64,000 bases of DNA, from assembly GCA_963716255.1 (NCBI GenBank), contig OY970303.1, positions 7,360,001-7,424,000 on the forward strand. The letters are read 5' to 3'. The notes beneath the pieces are model-generated. The model was given only the letters and a program-made list of their open reading frames with translations. It had not been told where the DNA came from and ran no database searches. The position numbers were made by a program, and so were the translations under genes. Shown in pieces: positions 1 to 8,893 of this stretch (its first letter is position 1; every line of letters begins with the position of its first letter). The DNA comes from an uncultured Gemmatimonadales bacterium. GTDB lineage: Bacteria > Gemmatimonadota > Gemmatimonadetes > Longimicrobiales > Longimicrobiaceae.

Positions 1-89
1 TCACAGCTGGCACTGAACGACTCGGGCCTGGGCTTTGGCGTGCCCCGGCTGGCGCCGGGATCGGGCATCGCGCCGGCTGGGGGCCCCGT

Positions 90-236
90 GGACGCCAGCG
101 CAAACCCCGCGTGAGGGATTTCGGCCCGAAGGGGCGAGACCCCGCGCAGTTTGCGGGGGCTCGACTCCGTTAGGCAGCGTTGTTTGCTGCCTTACGGAGC
201 CGAAGCCCGACCCCGGCGCCAGCCGGGGGCACGCCC
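90..236 (+). repeat. Structured intergenic repeat family A, copy 1, preceded at 37-66 by an inverted copy of its own 3' end
   Basis: GGACGCCAGCGC...CGCGTGAGGGATTTCGGCCCGAAGGGGCGAGAC...GGCTCGACTCCGTT...TACGGAGCCGAAGCCCGACCCCGGCGCCAGCCGGGGGCACGCCC; recurs 11 times in the window. Confidence 0.9.
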
Positions 237-264
237 TCACTGGGTGTTCCGGCAATCGCGCTTT

Positions 265-2967
265 TCAGCGGCACTCGCTGTCCGAGGAGATCCGCGTCAG
301 GCGCAGGTGGTCCAGGAGCGCGGTGTTCACCCGCCGGTCCATGTTCTCGTCCAGCGCCGTGTAGGCCAGCGTCAGGGTGTGCTCGCCCGGCGCCAGCGCC
401 ACGCGCAGCGCCGTGCTCCACCCCCAGTCGGTCCACTCCTCCACGCCGCGCTGCGGCATCACCAGCACCCCCGCGGGCCGGCCGTCCACCAGCAGCGTGC
501 GCAGGGCGACCCTGGCGTCGGTGTTCACGGGTCCGCTGCCGTTGGCGTAGCGCGCGTCCACCTCGTACGCGCCGCCGCACGCCACCCGCACGGGGACGTC
601 CACCCGGGTGTTCGCCTCGCGCGTCAGGCGCACGTATCCCGCGCCGGTGAACCCGGCGTGCGCGCGCTCCAGCGCCGCGCCCCGCGGACGGGCGACGATT
701 TCCGTGCCCGGGGGCGCAACCCGCACCGGCTCGCTCAGGAACGACTCGGTGCCCGCGGTGTCCACCGCCAGCACCTGGTACTCGGCCAGGGCGTCCGCGC
801 GCCCCGGCGCCACGCGGGTCTCCGTGGTGGTCGCGGTGGGACCGCCGTCGCGGTAGACGACGTAGCGGACGGCCCCGGGGACCGGCGCCCAGACGAGCGT
901 GTCGCCGCGGAGCGCGGCCACGGGCGTTTCCGGCGCCCAGCGGTTCGGCACCCGGTTGATCCGCGCGGCCGGCCAGCGGCCGTTCATCACGATCTCCAGC
1001 GTGTGAGCACCCGTGAGCGTGGCCGGGATCTCCGCGCGCTCCAGCGGGCGGCCGTCCAGCCGGGCGGAGGCGATGCCGTCCCCGGAGCCGCGCACCGTGA
1101 CCGTGAGCACCGCGCCGCGCCAGCGCACCCCGGAAAGCGTCCGCTCGCCGGCGTAGGTGGGAGGCACCATGGGCGCGAACGTCAGCCGGTCGGCCCCGAA
1201 GCGCATCCCGAAGAGCACGCGGAACTGCGTGGCCAGGCTGCCGGCCACGCTCCACAGCTGCCGGTCGGAGTTCAGCACCGTGCCGTCGAAGTGGCCGGTC
1301 TCGGCCACCATGTTCTCCTTGCTGGTCAGGAAGAGCGCGGCCGGGCGGTAGACGGAGGCCAGCCCGTGCTCCACCGCCGCGGTGTTCCCCGCCTCCGCGG
1401 CCGCCCACGTCCAGAAGGCGTTCACGAAGGGCCAGAGCGCCCCGTTGTGGTAGCGCCGCATGTCGGGGATGTACGGCCAGAAGACCGGCGCGCCGAACTC
1501 CACCAGCGGCGTGCGGGCGACGACCTGCGCGCGCCGCCCCGCGTCCGCCACCCCGTAGATCACCGCCAGCGCCTCGCCCAGCGCGTCCGAGCGGGGCGCG
1601 GCGGACGGAAAGGTCCGGCCGTAGCGGAAGGTGGCGTAGTACCCGGCCTCCGGCTGCCACAGGTGCGCGTCGATGGCGGAGCGCAGGCTGTCCGCGGCGC
1701 GCGTCCAGGGCGCGGCCGGCTCGTCCAGCGCCGCCGCCATGCGTGCGAGGATGCGCAGCGTGGCGAAGTGCACCGCGTTGGTGCCCACCGCCTGCGAGCG
1801 GGCGATGTCGCGGGGCTCCATCCAGCGCGGGTAGCTCTGCTCCCTCCAGTCCGTGAAAGAGCTCTCGCCCGTGGCGAGCCCCGTCGCCGCGTCGAAGACC
1901 GCGTGGCGGTCCGCCTCCGCCGAGCGGCGGATCACCTCGAAGGCGCGGCGCAGCCAGCCGCGGTCGCCGGTGACGGCGTACAGCTCCCACGCAGCCAGCG
2001 CCCACGTCATCCGGTCGGTGGAAACGGGCCACGAGCCGCCCGTGCCCGTGTCCTGGATGATGCGCCCCGCGGAGTCCACCTTGGCCTCCAGGCTGCGCCG
2101 CACCGCGTCCGGCGCCACGATCGCCAGCGCCAGCACCGACGCGTACGACACGTCGCGCGTCCACACCCCGGGCCACTTGGCGCCGGCCGACAGCGCCCCG
2201 TCCTCCCGCACCAGCTGCGTCAGCTCCTCCAGCGACATCCGGTACAGCGCGTCCAGCAGCGGCTCCGGCGAGGCGAGCCGCGGAAACGCCGCGAGGTCCG
2301 CGCGCCGCGCCCACACCGCGCGCCCGTCCGCGGCGACGGGGCGGGTGTAGCGCGTCTCGATCTCCAGCGTGGTGGTGTAGATGCCGTCGCCGTCCGGGTC
2401 GACCAGCTCGGCCGGGGTGCCGGGGCGCAGCGCGGCGGCGTCCCAGCTCAGCGGCTCCACGTCGCCGATGGCGTACACCGCCCGCAGGCCGCCGCGCCCG
2501 ATGGGGTCGCCCTCCGGCGGGTCGTACCCGCCGGCCCCGTCGAGGGCGCGCAGCACTCCGCGCAGGTCCAGCCGCAGCGTCACCCGCGCCATCCCCTCCT
2601 CGCTGGTGGCGAACGTCTCCGGGGTGGGGACCGCCGGCGGCTGCTCGCGCCCGAACACGTACAGCGGCGACTCGATGCGGCCGGCCGTGGGGCGGATGTA
2701 CAGGGTGTGCTCGGTGCCGGGGCGGAACTCGTTGTCCGCGCCGTTCAGGCTGAAGCGGAAGTGCATCTCCCGCCCCGAGCGCGGGTAGCTGGAAAGGAGG
2801 GTGTCGCGCGAGCGGGCGACCGCCTCGAAGCGCCCCTGCCGCACCGAGCTGTCGGTGAGCACGAACGCCTCCGAGCGGTACAGCACGGACTGCGCGCCCA
2901 CGGGCGGCGCGGCGGCGAGCGCGAGGGCGGCCACGGCGAGGGACGGCGTGCGGAGCGGCGGGCTCAT
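265..2967 (-). CDS. Secreted (alpha/alpha)6 glycoside hydrolase (MGH1/amylo-alpha-1,6-glucosidase-like) with C-terminal CBM35/CBM6-like module
   Basis: Signal peptide MSPPLRTPSLAVAALALAA; motifs WTRDVSY, GESSFTDWREQSYP, YHNGALWPFV; C-terminal HAGFTGAGYV...RYANG; ATG overlaps the glucokinase stop (ATGA). Confidence 0.75.
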   Translation of the reverse strand: MSPPLRTPSLAVAALALAAAPPVGAQSVLYRSEAFVLTDSSVRQGRFEAVARSRDTLLSSYPRSGREMHFRFSLNGADNEFRPGTEHTLYIRPTAGRIESPLYVFGREQPPAVPTPETFATSEEGMARVTLRLDLRGVLRALDGAGGYDPPEGDPIGRGGLRAVYAIGDVEPLSWDAAALRPGTPAELVDPDGDGIYTTTLEIETRYTRPVAADGRAVWARRADLAAFPRLASPEPLLDALYRMSLEELTQLVREDGALSAGAKWPGVWTRDVSYASVLALAIVAPDAVRRSLEAKVDSAGRIIQDTGTGGSWPVSTDRMTWALAAWELYAVTGDRGWLRRAFEVIRRSAEADRHAVFDAATGLATGESSFTDWREQSYPRWMEPRDIARSQAVGTNAVHFATLRILARMAAALDEPAAPWTRAADSLRSAIDAHLWQPEAGYYATFRYGRTFPSAAPRSDALGEALAVIYGVADAGRRAQVVARTPLVEFGAPVFWPYIPDMRRYHNGALWPFVNAFWTWAAAEAGNTAAVEHGLASVYRPAALFLTSKENMVAETGHFDGTVLNSDRQLWSVAGSLATQFRVLFGMRFGADRLTFAPMVPPTYAGERTLSGVRWRGAVLTVTVRGSGDGIASARLDGRPLERAEIPATLTGAHTLEIVMNGRWPAARINRVPNRWAPETPVAALRGDTLVWAPVPGAVRYVVYRDGGPTATTTETRVAPGRADALAEYQVLAVDTAGTESFLSEPVRVAPPGTEIVARPRGAALERAHAGFTGAGYVRLTREANTRVDVPVRVACGGAYEVDARYANGSGPVNTDARVALRTLLVDGRPAGVLVMPQRGVEEWTDWGWSTALRVALAPGEHTLTLAYTALDENMDRRVNTALLDHLRLTRISSDSECR

Positions 2968-4037
2968 GGCTCGGCGGCGAGGGGGAGGGTGGACGGGAGC
3001 GGCCGGCGCGGGAGAGCGGCGGGCGGGACGGGGCCGGGGGGCGGCTCCGCCGCCACGGCGAAGCGCACCGCGCCCCAGAGCGCGGTGCGCGGCTCCAGCA
3101 CCAGGTGCACGGGAATGCGGGACATCAGCGCGGTCATGGGGCCCTTGCGGCGGAACGCCCGCAGGAAGCCCTCGCCCCGCAGCAGCCCCGCCAGCCGCGG
3201 CGGGATGCCGCCGGCCACCAGCACGCCCCCGGTCGCCAGGACGCGCAGCGCCAGGTTGCCGGCCTCGGCGCCAAGGACGCGGACGAACAGCTCCAGCGCG
3301 CGCGAGCACGCCGCGTCCGGGTCGCGGGAGGCCAGCCCCGCCTCCACGATCAGCGGCGTGGGGTCCGCCGCCGCCGCGATGCGCTCCGCCAGCGCCGCCG
3401 GCTCCCGCGCCCGCCCGCTCGCCACCAGGAAGCGGTGGATGTTGGCGATCCCGATCCCCGAGCACACCTGCTCGTAGTCCACGTGCCCGGTCTCCGCCTG
3501 GAGAAAGGCCAGCAGCTCGCGCTGCTCCGCGTCCGCGGGGGCGAAGTCGGTGTGTCCGCCCTCGGAGGGAAAGGCCGCGTACTCCCCGCGGCCGGGGACC
3601 AGGAAGGCCTCGCCCAGCCCCGTCCCCGGCGCGACCACCCCCAGCACGCCGCCCGGGTGCGGCACCCCCTCCTGCAGCGCCAGCAGCTGCTCGGCGCGCA
3701 GGTGCGGCACGGCCAGGGCGGTGGCGTGCAGGTCGTTAAGCACCCTCACGCGCCGTAGCCCCAGGGCCCGGCGGACCGCCTCCGGGTCCACCTCCCACCC
3801 CAGGTTGGGGAGCCGGGCGCGGCCGTCCACCACCGGCCCCGCCACGCTGAAGCTCGCCGAGTCCACCGGGACCCCGGCCGCGTGCAGGAACGGCGCGGCC
3901 AGCTCCGCCAGCCCCGCGTGCGCCCGGCTGGGGAGCGTCGCCTCCGCGACCACCCGCACCGCCTCCCCTTCCACCGCCACCACGGCAAGGTCCGCCTTGG
4001 TGCCGCCGACGTCTCCCGCCAGGAGGTACGGGCCCAT
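2964..4037 (-). CDS. glk: Glucokinase (Glk family)
   Basis: LAGDVGGTK, LNDL, APGTGLGEA, SEGGH and VCSGIG motifs. Confidence 0.9.
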   Translation of the reverse strand: MGPYLLAGDVGGTKADLAVVAVEGEAVRVVAEATLPSRAHAGLAELAAPFLHAAGVPVDSASFSVAGPVVDGRARLPNLGWEVDPEAVRRALGLRRVRVLNDLHATALAVPHLRAEQLLALQEGVPHPGGVLGVVAPGTGLGEAFLVPGRGEYAAFPSEGGHTDFAPADAEQRELLAFLQAETGHVDYEQVCSGIGIANIHRFLVASGRAREPAALAERIAAAADPTPLIVEAGLASRDPDAACSRALELFVRVLGAEAGNLALRVLATGGVLVAGGIPPRLAGLLRGEGFLRAFRRKGPMTALMSRIPVHLVLEPRTALWGAVRFAVAAEPPPGPVPPAALPRRPLPSTLPLAAEP

Positions 4038-4090
4038 TTCTCTGCGGTCGGGAGGACGGGGGGAGCCGGAGCGGCGGGTCCGGGCCGGAT

Positions 4091-4114
4091 ATTTGTAACG
4101 AATACCAACTAAAT
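4091..4114. promoter_or_regulatory. Candidate ROK-repressor operator (imperfect AT-rich palindrome)
   Basis: ATTTGTAACGAATACCAACTAAAT between divergent glk and ROK genes; similar sites at 5515-5537 and 30012-30034. Confidence 0.45.
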
Positions 4115-4250
4115 CCGGCGCGGTCAAGAACGTCGTGGCGCGAGGCGTGTGCCCCGGGGGTATGTAAGAGTCTTGCGAGACACGGCGCCGCGCGCGAAGC
4201 TTCACCCACCCGCTCCCGCCGAGCGACGGCGCCGTCCCTGTCGAGATGCC

Positions 4251-5471
4251 ATGCGAAAGATCAACACGCGGAGCTTCCACCTCGCGACCCGCTCCACGGC
4301 CCGGGAGGTCAACCGGCAGATCGTTCTCAACCTGGTGCGCGAGCACCAGCCCATCTCCCGCGCCGACCTGGCGCGGCGCATGGGCGTGGCGCGCGGCTCG
4401 GTGACGCCGCTGGTCAAGGAGCTCCTCGCCGACGGGCTGATCTACGAAGGCTCCATGGGCGACACCTCGCGGGGGCGCAAGCCCACGCTGCTGTACGTGC
4501 GCACCCGCGACCGGCTGGCCGTGGGGATCGACGTGCGCTACAGCCGCACCGCCGTGATCCTCAGCGACTTCGCCGGGCGGGAGGTCGCCATGGAAACCTT
4601 CGCCACGCCGCTGGACCCGGGGGAGCTTACCGCCGAGTTGGTGCGCCGCGTGCTGCGCCTGGTGGAGGCGCACGCCGGGGCGGGGGAGTGCGAGGGGGTG
4701 GGGCTGGTGGTGCCCGGCGTGGTGGACCGGCGCACCGCGGTCGTGCTGAACGCGCCCACCCTGGGGTGGCGCGACGTGGACCTGCGCGCCGCGCTCACCG
4801 CGGCCATCGGGCTCCCCGTCTTCATCGACCGGGACGCGGCGGCGTGCGCGCTGGCGCACATGTGGCTGAGCCAGGCCAGCGGCGACGGCGTGGACAACTT
4901 CGTGTACCTGACCGTGTCCGACGGCGTGGGCACCAGCGTGGTGGTCAACGGCGAGGTGCTGCGCGGCTACCGGAGCACGGCCGGCGAGTTCGGCCACGTC
5001 CCGCTCAGCCTGGACGGACCGCTGTGCGCCTGCGGCGCGCGGGGGTGCCTGGAAGCGTACGCCTCCAACCGGGCCACCCTGGCGCGCTACCTGGGCCGGG
5101 AGCTGTCGTCGCCCGGGGCGTACGCGCAGCTGCGCGGCGAGGAGCTGGAGATCCCCGACCTGGTCGCCCGGGCGCGCTCCGGCGACGCCGCCGCGCTGAA
5201 CGCGCTGCGCGAGACGGGGCGCTACCTGGGGGTGGGGATCGCGAACATCATCAACGCCATCAGCCCCGCGCGCATCGTGGTGGGCGGCGAGATCACCGCG
5301 GCGTGGGACCTGATCGAGCCCGCCGTCGCCCGGTCCGTCCGGGAGCGCACGCTCACCGCCGGGTCGGCCGCCACGCCGGTGGTGGTGGAGGCCGGCGACA
5401 GCTACCTGCGCCTGCGCGGCGCGTCGGCGCTCGTGGTCGCGCCGGTGTTCGTGGCCCCGCGCGTGGCCTGA
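4251..5471 (+). CDS. ROK family transcriptional repressor (NagC/XylR-like)
   Basis: N-terminal HTH (ISRADLARRMG...GRKP), GEFGH, and Zn motif CACGARGCLE. Confidence 0.92.
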   Translation: MRKINTRSFHLATRSTAREVNRQIVLNLVREHQPISRADLARRMGVARGSVTPLVKELLADGLIYEGSMGDTSRGRKPTLLYVRTRDRLAVGIDVRYSRTAVILSDFAGREVAMETFATPLDPGELTAELVRRVLRLVEAHAGAGECEGVGLVVPGVVDRRTAVVLNAPTLGWRDVDLRAALTAAIGLPVFIDRDAAACALAHMWLSQASGDGVDNFVYLTVSDGVGTSVVVNGEVLRGYRSTAGEFGHVPLSLDGPLCACGARGCLEAYASNRATLARYLGRELSSPGAYAQLRGEELEIPDLVARARSGDAAALNALRETGRYLGVGIANIINAISPARIVVGGEITAAWDLIEPAVARSVRERTLTAGSAATPVVVEAGDSYLRLRGASALVVAPVFVAPRVA

Positions 5472-5539
5472 GACGCCTGCGCCGCGTCGGCGCCTCCCCG
5501 GGGCGCCGCGTCGAATTCGGTTGGTTTGTTGACAATTCG

Positions 5540-5568
5540 TTGACAACGGCGGGGGCGCACATTAGCAT
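5540..5568 (+). promoter_or_regulatory. Sigma70-type promoter upstream of susC
   Basis: TTGACA (5540-5545), 17-nt spacer, TAGCAT (5563-5568). Confidence 0.6.
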
Positions 5569-5801
5569 GCCACCATCTGCTCGTCGTCGCACCTTCCCGG
5601 CGCAACCGTGACCTTCCCGCTGCACTCGCGCGGGGATTTCGTACCCCGGAGGTACGAATCGCCGGTGTCGCCCGGGTATTGTTAGCACGCTTTACAATCT
5701 GTCACCGGCCCGGCGCCGGACCGCCGTGCCTGCCCTGCTGCGAGCTCGCGCCGAGCATGGGCGATGTTTCCAACACTCCCCACCCCACGGAGGGCAGACG
5801 T

Positions 5802-8800
5802 ATGGCATTCTGTCGTTCATTCTTCCCGGCGCTGCTGGCGTGCCTGTTGTGGGCCGCGCAGCTCGGCGCGCAGGGCCCCACCGGGACGATCGCGGGGCGG
5901 GTGGTCGCCGGGGCCGCCCAGCAGCCGCTCTCCGGTGCGGTGGTCACGGTCTCGGGGAGCGGCGCCCGCGCCGTCACCGGCGCCGACGGGCGCTACTCCA
6001 TCGCCGGGGTGGCGCCGGGGAGCCACCAGGTGACCGCCTCGCTCCTGGGCCACGCCCCGGAGACCCGCACCGTCGCCGTGCTGGCCGGCCAGCAGGCGGT
6101 GGCCGACTTCCAGCTGCAGCAGTCCGCGCTGGCGCTTGAAGGGCTCACGGTGGCGATCGGCTACGGCGAGCAGGAGGCGCGCGACGTCACCGGCGCCGTC
6201 GCCACGATCACGCCGGAGGAGTTCAACACCGGGCGCGTGGTCAGCGCCGAGCAGCTCATCCAGGGCAAGGTCGCCGGCGTGCAGGTGATCGACACCGGCG
6301 AGCCGGGCGGCGGCATCAACCTCCGCGTCCGCGGCGGCACCTCCGTCACCAGCAGCAACGAGCCGCTGTACGTGGTGGACGGCGTCCCGCTCCCCGTGGG
6401 CGGCGGGCTCTCCGCCGGGCGCAACCCGCTCAACTTCCTCAGCCCGCAGGACATCGAGAGCGTCACCGTGCTCAAGGACGCCTCGTCCACCGCCATCTAC
6501 GGGTCGCGCGGCGCCAACGGCGTGGTGATCATCACCACCCGCTCCGGGGCGCGGCAGGGCCCCTCGGTGACGTACAGCGGCTCCGTCTCCACCTCCACGG
6601 TCACCCGCAGGCCCGAGATGCTGTCGGCCGAGCAGTTCCGCGCCGTGGTCCAGGAGCGGGTCCCGTCGGCGCTTCCCGGGATCGGCAACGCCAGCACGGA
6701 CTGGTACGGCGCCCTGCTCCGCGACGCGGTGGGCCAGGAGCACAACGCCAGCGTGTCCGGGGCGGGGGAGAACATGAACTACCGCCTTTCGCTGGGCTAT
6801 CTGGACCAGGACGGAGTGGTGCTTGGCTCCGGGACCGAGCGCATCTCGGCGGCGCTCAACTACAACCACGTGCTCCTGAACGACCGCCTGAGCGTGCGCG
6901 CCAACATGCGCGGCGCCCGCACCGACGACCGCTTCACCCCGGGCGGCGTGCTCGGCGACGCGCTCCGCTTCGCCCCCACCCAGCCCATCGTGGCGAACAC
7001 GCCCACCGGGTTCTTCGAGTGGACGGGCTCCTCGCTGAGCCCCAACAACCCCGTGGCGGCGCTGGAGCTGGCGCAGGAGGACGGACGCACCTACCGCGGC
7101 ATCGGCGGCATCGAGGCACAGTACCAGCTCCCGTTCCTGTCCGGCCTGTCCGCCACCTCGCGGCTGGGCTTCGACGTCGCCTCCTCCGAGCGGCGGACGT
7201 TCAACCCCACGATCCAGCAGTCGCAGGTGGAGAGCAGCCAGCCGGGGTACTTCAGCCGCTCCACGCCCACCGAGACCAACGGCGTGCTCGACGCGTACCT
7301 GAACTACACCACCCGGCTGGACCGCTGGGCCAGCGACGTGGACGCCACCGCCGGCTACTCGTACGAGTCGTTCACCGGCGAGTCGCCCTTCATCGAGGCG
7401 CGCGGGCTGGCCACCGACCTGCTCGGGCCCGACGGCATCCCCACGGCGGAGAACGTGTCGCCGCGCATCGACAACGTGCGGGAAAGCCGCCTGGCCTCGT
7501 TCTTCGGCCGCGTCAACTACAGCCTCCTGGACCGCTACCTGCTCACGCTCAGCGTGCGCCGCGACGGCTCGTCGCGCTTCGGTCCGGACAACCAGTGGGG
7601 CACCTTCCCGTCGGCCGCGCTGGGGTGGCGGGTGTCGCAGGAGCCGTTCATGCAGGGGATCGGCTGGCTCTCGGAGCTGAAGCTGCGCGCCTCCTGGGGC
7701 GTCAACGGCAACCAGTCGTTCGGCGACTACCTGTGGATCTCGTCCTACCGCACCGGCGACGCCCAGTCTCAGGTGCAGTTCGGCGACGAGTTCGTGGGCA
7801 CCATCCGCCCCAGCGCCGTGGACCCCAACATCCGCTGGGAAGAGACCACCTCGTACAACCTGGGGCTGGACTACGGCCTGCTCGACGGCCGCTTCTCCGG
7901 CTCGCTGGAGTACTACCTCAAGGACACCGACGACCTGATCTTCCGGGTGCCGGTGGCCGCCGGGACCAACCTTTCCAACTTCGTCACCACCAACATCGGC
8001 AGCGTCAGGAACCGCGGCTTCGAGCTCAGCCTGAACGCCGCCGTCCTGGACGGAGGGCGCGGCGGCTTCCGCTGGGACGCCAACTTCAACGCCTCCACCA
8101 ACCACAACGAGCTGCTGCGCATCAACACCGCCGGCGGCAGCGAGCAGATCCTGGTGGGCGGCATCTCCGGCGGCGTGGGGAGCACCATCCAGGTCCACCA
8201 GCCCGGGTACGCGGTCAACTCGTTCCTGGTGTACCGCCACATCCGCGACTCCGGCGGCAGGCCCATCTACGCCGACGTCAACGGGGTGGACCCGGTGACC
8301 GGCAAGCTTACCGGCCGGCCGGACGGCACCATCAACGAGAACGACCTGTACCGCGACATCAACGAGGACGGCCTCATCAACCAGGCCGACCGCGCGCCCT
8401 ACGAGAACCCGGCGCCGGACTGGATCCTGGGGCACACCTCCAACTTCGGGTACGGCAACGTGGACCTGAGCTTCACGCTCCGCGCGTACCTGGGCAACTA
8501 CGTGTACAACAACGTGGCGTCCAACCGCGGCAACTTCCGCGAGCTCACCGCCACCGGCGCCCCCGAGAACCTGCACCCCTCGGCGCTCACGTACGGCTTC
8601 GCCACGCCGCAGTACTTCTCGGACGTGTACGTGGAGGACGCCTCGTTCCTGCGCATGGACAACCTGACGCTGGGCTACACCCTCCCCGAGTTCCGCGGCA
8701 TGCAGAACCTGCGCGTCTACGGGACGGTGCAGAACGTCTTCACGTCGACCGGCTACAGCGGCGTGGACCCCTCCGCGGTGGTCGCCGCGTCGGGAACCAC

Positions 8801-8879
8801 CCCGGCCGCCTTCGGGATCGACAACAACATCTACCCGCGCTCCCGGACCTTCACGGCCGGCGTCAGCGTCGGCTTCTAA
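5802..8879 (+). CDS. susC: SusC/RagA family TonB-dependent receptor
   Basis: Signal peptide; DIESVTVLKDASSTAIYGSRGANGVVIITT signature; RRDGSSRFG, WEETTSYNLGLDY, YPRSRT; C-terminal Phe. Confidence 0.95.
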   Translation: MAFCRSFFPALLACLLWAAQLGAQGPTGTIAGRVVAGAAQQPLSGAVVTVSGSGARAVTGADGRYSIAGVAPGSHQVTASLLGHAPETRTVAVLAGQQAVADFQLQQSALALEGLTVAIGYGEQEARDVTGAVATITPEEFNTGRVVSAEQLIQGKVAGVQVIDTGEPGGGINLRVRGGTSVTSSNEPLYVVDGVPLPVGGGLSAGRNPLNFLSPQDIESVTVLKDASSTAIYGSRGANGVVIITTRSGARQGPSVTYSGSVSTSTVTRRPEMLSAEQFRAVVQERVPSALPGIGNASTDWYGALLRDAVGQEHNASVSGAGENMNYRLSLGYLDQDGVVLGSGTERISAALNYNHVLLNDRLSVRANMRGARTDDRFTPGGVLGDALRFAPTQPIVANTPTGFFEWTGSSLSPNNPVAALELAQEDGRTYRGIGGIEAQYQLPFLSGLSATSRLGFDVASSERRTFNPTIQQSQVESSQPGYFSRSTPTETNGVLDAYLNYTTRLDRWASDVDATAGYSYESFTGESPFIEARGLATDLLGPDGIPTAENVSPRIDNVRESRLASFFGRVNYSLLDRYLLTLSVRRDGSSRFGPDNQWGTFPSAALGWRVSQEPFMQGIGWLSELKLRASWGVNGNQSFGDYLWISSYRTGDAQSQVQFGDEFVGTIRPSAVDPNIRWEETTSYNLGLDYGLLDGRFSGSLEYYLKDTDDLIFRVPVAAGTNLSNFVTTNIGSVRNRGFELSLNAAVLDGGRGGFRWDANFNASTNHNELLRINTAGGSEQILVGGISGGVGSTIQVHQPGYAVNSFLVYRHIRDSGGRPIYADVNGVDPVTGKLTGRPDGTINENDLYRDINEDGLINQADRAPYENPAPDWILGHTSNFGYGNVDLSFTLRAYLGNYVYNNVASNRGNFRELTATGAPENLHPSALTYGFATPQYFSDVYVEDASFLRMDNLTLGYTLPEFRGMQNLRVYGTVQNVFTSTGYSGVDPSAVVAASGTTPAAFGIDNNIYPRSRTFTAGVSVGF

Positions 8880-8893
8880 CGAGCGGAGCCATC

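Noticed and set aside
1..364. Small ORFs that recur at repeat A (e.g. ...[14 protein letters not shown], ...RSRSPTPAP)
   Set aside because: Translations of the repeat itself; they also create false N-terminal extensions on GH97, the M4-like protease and xylA
151..3477. Very long alternative ORFs (e.g. 151-3477 +, 5817-8576 -, 43616-46846 +, 49811-54031 +)
   Set aside because: Antisense or off-frame shadows of real genes in high-GC DNA; Arg/Gly/Pro-rich with no motifs
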